In this document: one piece after another, positions 12,984 through 21,954 of the stretch
Numbering within the stretch: position 1 is the first letter of the stretch
How the letters are laid out: every line of letters begins with the position of its first letter
From: a virus
Taxonomy: Duplodnaviria > Heunggongvirae > Uroviricota > Caudoviricetes
IMG/VR virus record: IMGVR_UViG_2778261375_000003
DNA: 64,000 nt
Strand: one strand, 5' to 3'
Notes under the pieces: generated by a model
Told to the model about the DNA's origin: nothing
The model's input: the letters and a program-made list of their open reading frames with translations, nothing else
Database searches by the model: none
Translations under genes and position numbers: made by a program

Positions 12984-13681
12984 AGATTGCTTTAGTTTTT
13001 CGCTCTGGTGGTGACTATAACGCTTCCGATGTGCAGTGGCTGGTTAATCAACTGCCAAAAGGCTATGAAATTATTTGCCTGACAGACCTGAAGCGTTTAC
13101 ATGTACCTGGCGTCAAAGTTGTCCCATTGATCAACCAGTGGCAAAAGTGCCGTGGCTGGTGGGCGAAAATCGAGTTGTTCCGACCGGATATAACCGATGA
13201 TCTGTTCTATCTGGATTTGGACACGGTTATTGCCGGTGATATACGCCCAATCCTAGAGCATCCACCAACCAGCTTCACCATGCTTAGGGATTTTTACCAT
13301 CCACAATATCGTGGCAGCGGTGCCCTGTGGATACCAAATAGTGTTAAAGCGCATATCTGGAGTTCATTCTGGCAAGATCCGGAAGGTTGGATTTCTCGTT
13401 GTGTCACTACTGAGTGCTGGGGTGATCAGGGGTTCTTACGGAAGGTTATGGGCGATGATACACCAGCATTTCAGGATCTGTATCCAGGATGGTTTGTAAG
13501 TTACAAGGCCGATGTTGTGGAACCTGGTTCAAAATATGCGAGCGCGCGTTACTCCAGGGGGAATGGGGCATTACCAAAAGACTGCCGAATAATCTTTTTC
13601 CACGGCAAACCGCGACCTCGCGAAGTGTCAGAGGATTGGCTTCCCCTTGTCAGCTCATTTTTTGAGCGAGAATCAGAATAA
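12980..13681 (+). CDS. putative GT-A-like glycosyltransferase (233 aa)
   Basis: YLDLDTVI (DxD-like) motif in a Rossmann-like N-terminal half; overlaps the ppp stop. Confidence 0.4.
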
Positions 13682-13682
13682 T

Positions 13683-13699
13683 ATTGCTCTAATAATTCC
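13683..13699 (+). promoter_or_regulatory. C1 operator-like site
   Basis: ATTGCTCTAATAATTCC, identical to the consensus over the first 13 positions. Confidence 0.6.
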
Positions 13700-13731
13700 A
13701 TATTTTTAAAGCGTGATGTACACTCATCACG

Positions 13732-13748
13732 TTTTTTATTAGAGCAAT
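13732..13748 (-). promoter_or_regulatory. C1 operator-like site, inverted relative to 13683-13699
   Basis: ttttttattagagcaat is the reverse complement of ATTGCTCTAATAAAAAA; the two operators flank the palindrome cgtgatgtacactcatcacg. Confidence 0.6.
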
Positions 13749-13982
13749 CTACAAGGTGCACTATGTGGCCATTCCGACGGAAATATCACTACTGGCTGAT
13801 CGCCTTTGTTACGCCGACCGGCGGTATCAGGCATGTCATCACCAGGTATCGCAACAAGAGACTCACCTTAGCCAGAATTTTACAGGCTGCCATAGGTGAG
13901 GGACTGGATACAAATTGCGTAGTCCTTCCTCCTTCATACTTAGGAAAAATGACCGAAGCACAAGCTAATACGGAACTTTGAA

Positions 13983-15245
13983 ATGAGCACTTCAGCACAA
14001 AACCAATCAATCGAAAATGTATCTATCCCTGACGTCCTGAATGCCGGTATCCCGGCCATTATCCAGAACATCCGGGCCGCGCAACGCCGCGTTAGTTGTG
14101 ATGACCTCACAGCGCGTTTTTTTGATAATGCGGTTCAGTCAGCGGAGATGCTTCACGCACAGCTTATTGATGTTTATAACGCAGAAGCTGATAGCCATAA
14201 CTCCCTGGTAGATGCAGCTGAAAATATGCAGTTGGATCTCGGTCTGAAGGGTAAAGAAATTGAAGAGCTTCAGCTGCAAATTGAACATTTGAAACGCCAG
14301 CAACAGGACGCGATCGACGATGCGACGCATGACGCCAACCAGCGTGCTGATAATGCCGAACGTATAAGCATTGAGCTGGAAACAAAACTCAATGAAATGA
14401 CCGCGATGGTTGAACTGCGGAACTCACAGATTTCAACGCTAAAATCTCAATATAAAGAGATCATGAAACTTGATCCTTTTAACCTTGAGAAACGCTATAA
14501 CAAAGCTAAAAGCGAGCGACAGGAACTGCGTAAGCAGGTCGCCGACCTTAACCAACAGCTCAAAAAAACTATTAAAGATGCAAGCGAAGCGCGCGTGGCA
14601 TTTGCTAATAAAAAAGCAGAGGTTACCGCGCTGGTTAATGAGAATGCCAAATTTGCGACGCTCAAGAAGGAAATGTATGGCATTACTGAGCGCCGTTTCC
14701 CTGCAAGAAAACTTCATCCGACGTTAGGGCAAATCTCCTTCTTCCCGCGCCTCCTGGCTTATGGGATCTCATCGCCTAAAGAGTTCAATAACGAGCGTCC
14801 TTATATCGTTTCTAAGCTGGACTTTGCTTATCAGTTCTGCTGCGACATGGGCTATGCCATTGATATCCGGATCAACGAATGGTTGATGCCAAACTTCCAG
14901 CCGTTGGCCATTTTCCGCGAGTTCCAGCCGGAAGGTTGGGTAGAGTTCTTCCATGAATTGATCTGTAAAGAGATGGAAAGCCGCCGCCCGGAACTGGTCC
15001 GTCGAGTTGAGTGGGCGCAAGAGGTTATGTTGGCAGAGGCAGAGCTGCCGTTCGAACCGGAATTCATTGATGATCTGGCAACTAAAGGGCTGCATACCCT
15101 GTTTGATGTGGTTACCCGCCGTCATGAGCAGTTGGTTGTCGAATTGGGTTTAGAGGAAACAGCGGCAAGAAGACTTCTCGATGTTTGCTATGCACGTAGC
15201 GATGCATGGGAAAAAGAGAACGGCGGCACTATTTACGTTCGCTGA
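13983..15245 (+). CDS. hypothetical coiled-coil protein (420 aa)
   Basis: long heptad-rich central region (KEIEELQLQIEHLKRQQQD...), downstream of the operator pair. Confidence 0.55.
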   Translation: MSTSAQNQSIENVSIPDVLNAGIPAIIQNIRAAQRRVSCDDLTARFFDNAVQSAEMLHAQLIDVYNAEADSHNSLVDAAENMQLDLGLKGKEIEELQLQIEHLKRQQQDAIDDATHDANQRADNAERISIELETKLNEMTAMVELRNSQISTLKSQYKEIMKLDPFNLEKRYNKAKSERQELRKQVADLNQQLKKTIKDASEARVAFANKKAEVTALVNENAKFATLKKEMYGITERRFPARKLHPTLGQISFFPRLLAYGISSPKEFNNERPYIVSKLDFAYQFCCDMGYAIDIRINEWLMPNFQPLAIFREFQPEGWVEFFHELICKEMESRRPELVRRVEWAQEVMLAEAELPFEPEFIDDLATKGLHTLFDVVTRRHEQLVVELGLEETAARRLLDVCYARSDAWEKENGGTIYVR

Positions 15246-15317
15246 CAGTTACAGTGTCACTTTTAATGCTGGTGGAGTGCGCCCACCAGCATTTTTTTCG
15301 TCCAATGAGGAGGGCAT

Positions 15318-15824
15318 TTGAGTATTTTCAATAAACACGCACACCAGGAACGTCCGTATATCGTCATAGTTGATATTGATGGAACAATATCAGAGGCAAC
15401 TGAAGACAGACTGCATTTGCTTCCGCCACCAGGTAAAGGTGCATTAACAAAGGACTGGAACGAGTTTAATCTCGCCTGTGACACCGATACTCCCATCACT
15501 CCAGTTATTGATATGGTGCGCCAGTTATTTAACGTTTACACGGTCTGGTTTGTAACCGGGCGCTGTGAGATCGCAAGGGATAAAACACGAGCCTGGCTGC
15601 GGAAGTACGTAACAAACGGGGCTGAGCCTTTGCTATCTATGCGTCCTGCCACCGATGACAGAAATGACGGCCCAGCAAAGATTGATCTCCTTAAGAAAAT
15701 TGGTCTAAGTAAAATCGCGTTCGCGCTGGAAGATAAGATTGAAGTGGCGCGTGTTTTCAGGAGGAACGGCGTGCTTACGTTAATGGTCAGGGAGTATGAA
15801 AATGCGCTTCTTCATCAACAATGA
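15318..15824 (+). CDS. HAD-superfamily phosphatase-like protein (168 aa)
   Basis: N-terminal VIVDIDGTI matches HAD motif I (DxDGT). Confidence 0.55.
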   Translation: MSIFNKHAHQERPYIVIVDIDGTISEATEDRLHLLPPPGKGALTKDWNEFNLACDTDTPITPVIDMVRQLFNVYTVWFVTGRCEIARDKTRAWLRKYVTNGAEPLLSMRPATDDRNDGPAKIDLLKKIGLSKIAFALEDKIEVARVFRRNGVLTLMVREYENALLHQQ

Positions 15825-15840
15825 TTGCTCTAATAAATCT
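15824..15840 (+). promoter_or_regulatory. C1 operator-like site
   Basis: ATTGCTCTAATAAATCT, one mismatch to consensus, overlapping the stop codon of the preceding gene. Confidence 0.65.
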
Positions 15841-16018
15841 TGATTTTTAAAACGGAGAAAGTGAAAATAAAAACATGCCGCAAGGCGCGGCATGTATCCA
15901 ATCAATCACAGGAGCTGAAAATATGAACACGGCATTCAAAATCATTATGGCCGCGATCTATTTCTGGCTGTTCTCTATCACTTTTGGCGGCATCGTCGCA
16001 CATGGGTAAGGGGGATGC

Positions 16019-16747
16019 ATGAAAGGCGAAGTGAAAGAGCGCGGCATGATTTTCAACGATGAGATGGTCCGGGCCATCCTCGAAGGAAGGAAAACGCAGA
16101 CGCGGCGGATAATGAAAAATCAGCCTGCGGAAGTTGGTCCAGAAGCACCAGTGATGGTTAGAAAAATTGGTGCAGGTTTTCAGTGGTACGGGGCTGATGG
16201 TGTAAGCAGTGTTTTCAATTGCCCATTTGGTATCGTCGGCGATCGAATTTGGGTTCGTGAAACATGGGCGATATTAGGCAATGAGGATGGTTGCAGTGTG
16301 GACTGGAACGACAACCTTTGTCGTGGCGATGAGAAGAACGCAGCAAGGATTTATCGGGCCAGTTGCGAGCAAAAACCTGGTGATTACGGCTTATGGTCGA
16401 TACCCGATGATGCCGACTGGAAACCTCACACTGTGAATGAAAAGTTTGATGGTGGGTGGCGTCCATCAATTCACATGCCGCGATGGGCATCACGCATTCT
16501 GTTGGAAATTACCAACGTGCGCGTTGAACGGTTGAACGATATCAGCGAATGCGATGCAAGGGCTGAGGGCGTTCCGCCTGCTGGAAGTTTGCTTCCTGAT
16601 CACCCGGGAACATTCCTTACTCCCAAGGGGGATTTCGCAATGGCCAAGGTTGCGTTCCAGCGCCTGTGGGAATCCATCTATGGTGAAGAAAGCTGGAACG
16701 CTAATCCCTGGGTGTGGGTAATCGAGTTTAAGCGCATTCAGGAATAA
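16019..16747 (+). CDS. ASCH/PUA-like domain protein (242 aa)
   Basis: N-terminal MIFNDEMVRAILEGRKTQTRR motif typical of ASCH-type phage proteins; pattern-based. Confidence 0.4.
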   Translation: MKGEVKERGMIFNDEMVRAILEGRKTQTRRIMKNQPAEVGPEAPVMVRKIGAGFQWYGADGVSSVFNCPFGIVGDRIWVRETWAILGNEDGCSVDWNDNLCRGDEKNAARIYRASCEQKPGDYGLWSIPDDADWKPHTVNEKFDGGWRPSIHMPRWASRILLEITNVRVERLNDISECDARAEGVPPAGSLLPDHPGTFLTPKGDFAMAKVAFQRLWESIYGEESWNANPWVWVIEFKRIQE

Positions 16748-16750
16748 ACC

Positions 16751-17629
16751 GTGAGTATGCATCAAGTCGTCAGCTTTTCAGGTGGACGAACATCGGCTTA
16801 TCTCGTTCATCTGATGGAAGCACAGCGAAAAGCTGGCGCTAGCGTCCATTTCATTTTTATGGATACCGGCTGTGAACATCCTCTGACGTATCGCTTTATT
16901 CGTGAGGTTGTGAAGTTCTGGAACGTACCGCTAACGGTGTTGCAGGTCGATATAAATCCAGAACTTGGGCAGCCAAATGGTTATACGGAATGGGAACCAA
17001 AGGATATTCAGACGCGAATGCCGGTGCTTAAACCGTTTATGGACATGGTTAAAAAGTACGGTACGCCATACATCGGCGGCGCGTTCTGTACCGACAGGCT
17101 AAAACTCACCCCTTTCACGAAATATTGCGATGACCATTTTGGGCGAGGGAATTACATCACATGGCTCGGTATTCGTGCGGACGAACCCCGTAGGCTGAAA
17201 CCGAAACCGGGCGTCCGGTATCTTGCCGAACTGTCAGATTTTGATAAGTCGGATGTTATCCGGTGGTGGCGAAAACAACCTTTTGATTTGCAAATCCCGG
17301 AGCACCTCGGGAACTGTGTTTTTTGCATCAAAAAGTCAACGCAAAAGCTGGGGCTTGCATGTAAAGACGAACCAGGTCTGATGCGGGTTTTTAATGAACT
17401 GGTTACAGGCAAACACGTCAGGGATGGTCATCGCAGAACAGGTAAAGACGTTATGTACCGTGGCCACCTGACGCTTGACGGGATTGCCAGAATGTATGCC
17501 GACAGTGACTACAGAAATTTGTATCAGGCGATGGTGCTGGCCAAGCGGTTTGATACTGGTTCGTGTTCCGAATCATGTGAAATCTGGGGTGACCAATTGG
17601 AGTTGAAATTCGAAGAGGTAGTGGAATGA
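16751..17629 (+). CDS. PAPS-reductase-like (phosphoadenosine phosphosulfate reductase family) protein
   Basis: N-terminal VSFSGGRTSAYLVHL PP-loop-like motif; 292 aa. Confidence 0.6.
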   Translation: MSMHQVVSFSGGRTSAYLVHLMEAQRKAGASVHFIFMDTGCEHPLTYRFIREVVKFWNVPLTVLQVDINPELGQPNGYTEWEPKDIQTRMPVLKPFMDMVKKYGTPYIGGAFCTDRLKLTPFTKYCDDHFGRGNYITWLGIRADEPRRLKPKPGVRYLAELSDFDKSDVIRWWRKQPFDLQIPEHLGNCVFCIKKSTQKLGLACKDEPGLMRVFNELVTGKHVRDGHRRTGKDVMYRGHLTLDGIARMYADSDYRNLYQAMVLAKRFDTGSCSESCEIWGDQLELKFEEVVE

Positions 17630-17829
17630 CAATCGTAAAAACCCATACCGGTACCGTGATCACCAAAGATGGCCCGAAGGTAAAAAAACTGCACCAAACA
17701 GAGCGGATGTGGGTCGTTGGCAAAAACGAGTTTTACCACAAAGAAACTGGACGCCGCCATTTTGCAGAAAATACGCGCCGCCGACTGCTGTTAGACACCA
17801 TCAAGCCTATCGAGGTGAAGCATGTTTAA
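17626..17829 (+). CDS. hypothetical small protein (67 aa)
   Basis: start overlaps the preceding stop; basic protein. Confidence 0.45.
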   Translation: MTIVKTHTGTVITKDGPKVKKLHQTERMWVVGKNEFYHKETGRRHFAENTRRRLLLDTIKPIEVKHV

Positions 17830-18061
17830 ACAGAACGAAAAAGCTATCGCTCAAATTGCTGATTATATCCCGCGTGCGTGCCGGGGTATGCAGTTGCAGG
17901 AAGCCAAAGCGCGCCTGGAGAAAAAAATTGCGCTCTATATTGATGACGGCTGTGATTCCGCCGTTCTTAACGCGGCGTTCGCACCAGCTCTTAACTGTCA
18001 CACTCGGGAGTCTTTTTTTTCGTGCATCGCAGCGCAACTCCGCCAAGGAGGCAACCAGTGA
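17822..18061 (+). CDS. hypothetical small protein (79 aa) ending in ...AAQLRQGGNQ
   Basis: C-terminal motif and the AGGAGGCAACCAGTGAG junction are shared with the 18690-19352 gene. Confidence 0.45.
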   Translation: MFKQNEKAIAQIADYIPRACRGMQLQEAKARLEKKIALYIDDGCDSAVLNAAFAPALNCHTRESFFSCIAAQLRQGGNQ

Positions 18062-18702
18062 GTAACCGTTTTTACATGATGTGCTTGCGTGAAACTGTGG
18101 GTAATAACGCCTCATTCCATTGCCATAACGGCAATGGTTACAGTTCTGATATCGATCGAGCACATGTTTACACGCAGGAAGAAGCCCAAAAAGCCTGGAA
18201 TTGTGGTCGAGATATCGATCAGCCTGTTTGCGCTGATAGCGTGGATGCAATGGCTGTGTGGCACGTTGATTGCCAGTACATCCCTACAGAAAGCCTGATT
18301 GAGTCAGATTGCACTGAGTATGTGGCCTACAAAAAAGGTAGCTGGAACGGCAACGATGTTTACTGGCTTCAACACGGTGGATTGCCAACAGATGACTTCA
18401 GTAAAGCGACCATCTTTAGCGTCGTCAACAAAAACGAACCAGGAATAGTTTGGTTGCCATTTTCCATTGCTGATGCAGCAAAGCGCCGGACGTTCAATAT
18501 CAATAACTTTAACCGCAGAACAATGGTTCAGGGCGCAGGTTTGGTCATGCCTGACTGGTTGAAAGAGCAGAACAGAAGAAAGAAGTCGCGAAGCGGGAAG
18601 GTGCGTTGGAATTGTCCGCATTGCGGAAAAATAACCTGGCAGTACAGCCCATATGATTTTGAAGGCTGTAGTGATTACAACTGTGAAGGATGGCGAGAAT
18701 GA
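18058..18702 (+). CDS. hypothetical Cys-rich protein (about 214 aa)
   Basis: GTG start inside the conserved junction AGGAGGCAACCAGTGAG (the track ORF 18022 is a likely over-extension); C-terminal CPHCGK zinc-ribbon-like motif. Confidence 0.5.
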   Translation: MSNRFYMMCLRETVGNNASFHCHNGNGYSSDIDRAHVYTQEEAQKAWNCGRDIDQPVCADSVDAMAVWHVDCQYIPTESLIESDCTEYVAYKKGSWNGNDVYWLQHGGLPTDDFSKATIFSVVNKNEPGIVWLPFSIADAAKRRTFNINNFNRRTMVQGAGLVMPDWLKEQNRRKKSRSGKVRWNCPHCGKITWQYSPYDFEGCSDYNCEGWRE

Positions 18703-19352
18703 CAATTGACTATCAGGTACTGCGTGAGGCGGCAGAAAAGGCAACACCAGACGAATGGGTCGCATTTATTTCGACGGATACTGGTACTTATGCGGTGCAC
18801 ACGCCCGGTGATGAACGATGTGAAGACGTTATCAAATGGACCGGCTTTGATGGACAGAAAAATGCAGAGAACAACGCTCGTCATGTTGCCGCGTTCAACC
18901 CAAAGGTTGCACTGGAGCTGCTTGGTGAAATTAAGTGCTTGGAGGACACAAATATTGATGCCACGTGCCGAATTTCAGAGCTTGAGACTAATCTCGCTGC
19001 GCTGGTGGCAGAGAACGCTGGGCTGAAACACGCAATGGCCGTAACTCTTGAGCATGTGTCGGTCACGGATGCAGGGCAGGCCGGAGTTGCTGCAATGATT
19101 ATCAACGATGCCCTGCACCACAGCGAAACTCCAGCTACCGATGCTTTCCTGTCTGAAGTGCGGGCGCAGGGGGTGGATGCTGCTATAGAAGCTGCAAAAA
19201 ATCTGGTGGCCCAAGAATATGAGTATAAGGATTTCAAAGCGGCGCAGAGTGATTGCTGTATGCACCCTGGTTCAGACCTGGTAGGGAAGGTTGAAATGAC
19301 TGAGTGGTTAGTTGACTTTGCTGCCCAGCTTCGCAAAGGAGGCAACCAGTGA
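18690..19352 (+). CDS. ead/Ea22-like family protein (220 aa)
   Basis: N-terminal YQVLREAAEKATPDEW motif; C-terminus ...AAQLRKGGNQ. Confidence 0.5.
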   Translation: MARMTIDYQVLREAAEKATPDEWVAFISTDTGTYAVHTPGDERCEDVIKWTGFDGQKNAENNARHVAAFNPKVALELLGEIKCLEDTNIDATCRISELETNLAALVAENAGLKHAMAVTLEHVSVTDAGQAGVAAMIINDALHHSETPATDAFLSEVRAQGVDAAIEAAKNLVAQEYEYKDFKAAQSDCCMHPGSDLVGKVEMTEWLVDFAAQLRKGGNQ

Positions 19353-20101
19353 GCGAAATTAATTACCAGGCACTGCGTGAGGCGGCGGAACGTGCAATTC
19401 CAGCAATGGAACGCCTGTTAATGTTGCCAGCTGATGATGATTTGTTAAGTGAACAGGAACTTAAAGATTACGGTGTGGATATTGATGCGCTCAACGCCTT
19501 CAAATTTCTGACCGGACCAGAAACCGTGCTGGCGCTGCTGGATGAACGGGAAAGAAACCAGCAATACATAAAACGCCGCGATCAGGAGAACGAGGATATT
19601 GCGCTAACGGTAGGGAAGCTGAGAGTTGAGCTTGAGGAAGTAAAACAACACGCTGAAGAATTATCCGAAACCAAGGCTGTTCGTAACCAATGGCGGCCAG
19701 ATATTTGCCCAATAACCGGACGTGCATTTTTCATGTGGATTGAGCATCCAACATTGGGAAATGTGCCGACATATGGTGGCCCATTAGATAGTTACACCAT
19801 TCCAACAAAGGACGGTGACGGTGAGTTTTCATGTGAGCGTTACGATCATGATTTTGGCGGTTGGGTAGAAAGCGAATGTCTTGGGTTATATCTGATTGAT
19901 GATAGAGAACAATGCAGGGTCTACGAACTGGAGGAACGCGTTAAGGAACTGGATGCTCGGGAAATATCGCTCCCGGAACGTAGCAGCATGCTTCATCGAA
20001 CAGATTTTCACGATGATTACCAAACGGTAATGGCATACAAAGTTTCTGAAGTCATCGCTGCAATCCGCGCCGCAGGCATTCGCATCAAAGGAGGTGAGTA
20101 A
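19349..20101 (+). CDS. ead/Ea22-like family protein (250 aa)
   Basis: N-terminal YQALREAAERAIP and ETVLALLDERERN motifs; GTG start in the conserved junction. Confidence 0.5.
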   Translation: MSEINYQALREAAERAIPAMERLLMLPADDDLLSEQELKDYGVDIDALNAFKFLTGPETVLALLDERERNQQYIKRRDQENEDIALTVGKLRVELEEVKQHAEELSETKAVRNQWRPDICPITGRAFFMWIEHPTLGNVPTYGGPLDSYTIPTKDGDGEFSCERYDHDFGGWVESECLGLYLIDDREQCRVYELEERVKELDAREISLPERSSMLHRTDFHDDYQTVMAYKVSEVIAAIRAAGIRIKGGE

Positions 20102-20446
20102 TGCGTGTGGCATGTATCGGCTTGTTACCGTACCCGACTCGTTTTTGGGCTTCTGCGCTAATTGCAAAGCCGTATGTCCTGATGGCTGACAACATCATCC
20201 CGGCACCAAAGCGCCGCCATACCGGTATTGCAGCGGCACGACGAGCAGCAAAGAGACGCAGGAGAGCAAAGCGATGAAAAACCGTAAGGCAAAACGACTT
20301 TTTTTACAGCGACCTGTGCGTGTGGTGGAGCTGGTTATTAGCAACCATAAGATAGCGGTACTCCATCCATTTGGTCAGGTGGCTTTTGCCGCAAAGCGTA
20401 AGCCTACTGCGTCACAGAACAGGCGGAAGAAAGGGTACGCTGTAAG

Positions 20447-21139
20447 ATGAAAAACCGTAAAGCAAAGATTCTGTTAGTTCGTAGAAACGCTCCTGGCGTC
20501 TGGCAGTGGGTGAGACTCAGCAACCGACGGATGGGGTTGATGAAATATTACGGGATGATGGATTGTGGTTTTTGCAAAAAGCCCAGCGCGGCGCAAAACC
20601 GCTGGAAAAACCACTTGCGCACTAAAGGAGTAACACACCGCGAACTCTGTCAGATTGCGTATAAGTTCCTTAAGCGCAACGGGTTCAAGGTTTGTTTTCA
20701 TGACCGCTTTATAGCTGTAACCAGTACCGGAGAACAGCCAGATGCTATGGGATTCAGAAATTCAGCATCATGCCTGATAGAGGCGAAGTGTTCTCGTGCT
20801 GACTTGTTGGCAGATAGAAAAAAGCGTTTTCGTAAAAATCCATCTCTTGGAATGGGCGACTGGCGATTCTTTATTAGTGAGCCGGGAATTATTTCAGTTG
20901 AGGATTTACCACCTGGCTGGGGATTACTTCACGTTGTTAACGGAAGAGTACGGAAAGTACATGGGTGGCCCAAGGGTAATTGCTGTTGGGGTAATCCTGA
21001 CGATAAGCCATTTACTGGAAATAAGCAGGTTGAATGCGATTACATGTTATCTGCATTAAGGCGCATGGAGTTGAGAGGGCACCTTAATGAAATATATGAC
21101 GGTGTAATTGTTAATAAGAAAGAAGGAAACGCAGCATGA
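20447..21139 (+). CDS. hypothetical protein (230 aa)
   Basis: ORF with a duplicated 5' end: atgaaaaaccgtaaRgcaaa occurs at 20274 and 20447. Confidence 0.5.
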   Translation: MKNRKAKILLVRRNAPGVWQWVRLSNRRMGLMKYYGMMDCGFCKKPSAAQNRWKNHLRTKGVTHRELCQIAYKFLKRNGFKVCFHDRFIAVTSTGEQPDAMGFRNSASCLIEAKCSRADLLADRKKRFRKNPSLGMGDWRFFISEPGIISVEDLPPGWGLLHVVNGRVRKVHGWPKGNCCWGNPDDKPFTGNKQVECDYMLSALRRMELRGHLNEIYDGVIVNKKEGNAA

Positions 21140-21522
21140 TCACTATTACCAAAGAACGCCTGCTGACAATCCAGCAGTGGCGCGAAACATACGGACCTGG
21201 TAGCAACGTTGTACTGCCAGCAGAAGAAGCGGAAGAACTGGCACGAATTGCTCTGGCATCGCTGGAAGCAAAACCAATAGGTGCATTCCACATTGCAGAA
21301 CAGCAAGTTGACGGCACAAGTGACTACATCAAGGATGGGGAGTGGCCTATTGATAATGGAATTATTGAGGTCTACGCCGCTCCCCCCGTTCCAGTAGTAC
21401 CGGAAGAAAAACCAATGCCTAATCCTCTTAGCATGTACGCGGTTGATGCTGTTGCCGCTATTGCAGAGGTAAGAGGCTGGAATGCCTGCCGCGCGGCTAT
21501 GCTTCATGGGAAAGGAAAGTGA
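21136..21522 (+). CDS. hypothetical protein (128 aa), paralogue of the N-terminus of the 21955-23235 product
   Basis: shared motifs LARIALASLEA, VYAAPPVPVVP, AAMLHG. Confidence 0.5.
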   Translation: MITITKERLLTIQQWRETYGPGSNVVLPAEEAEELARIALASLEAKPIGAFHIAEQQVDGTSDYIKDGEWPIDNGIIEVYAAPPVPVVPEEKPMPNPLSMYAVDAVAAIAEVRGWNACRAAMLHGKGK

Positions 21523-21523
21523 T

Positions 21524-21745
21524 ATGGCTAACTCATTACTTGAAACCTGCAACAACTGGCAGATTCAGAGGGCGGAGATTTTATCTCGCAATCCAGATAT
21601 GGCAATGACAATTGATAATCTGGACACGCTAATTGAACGGACCGTGCGTTCTGCAATTGATATAGCACATCGAGTGGATTGGGATTTCAGAGAAGCGGAG
21701 CGGCTTGCTAAAGAGCAGGAGAAAGCAGCGGGTAAAGGAGACTGA
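21524..21745 (+). CDS. hypothetical protein (73 aa)
   Basis: internal ATG of track ORF 21482-21745 chosen as start. Confidence 0.4.
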   Translation: MANSLLETCNNWQIQRAEILSRNPDMAMTIDNLDTLIERTVRSAIDIAHRVDWDFREAERLAKEQEKAAGKGD

Positions 21746-21746
21746 T

Positions 21747-21944
21747 ATGGATAAAAACACCACTGCTTACTGGAATCTGTCACTTGATACCGAATGCCCA
21801 AAATGCGGTCACAATTTCGATCTGCTTTGTGATCCAGATTTCTGGGAATTTTCTGGAGCAAAACAGGCATGTGAAGAAATAAAAGGTTACGAAACATGCT
21901 GTCCAGAATGTAACCATGAATTTAAAACAGATTTTGTGTATTGA
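21747..21944 (+). CDS. zinc-ribbon protein (65 aa)
   Basis: CPKCGH...CCPECNH double CxxC motif. Confidence 0.45.
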   Translation: MDKNTTAYWNLSLDTECPKCGHNFDLLCDPDFWEFSGAKQACEEIKGYETCCPECNHEFKTDFVY

Positions 21945-21954
21945 GGCATAACGA

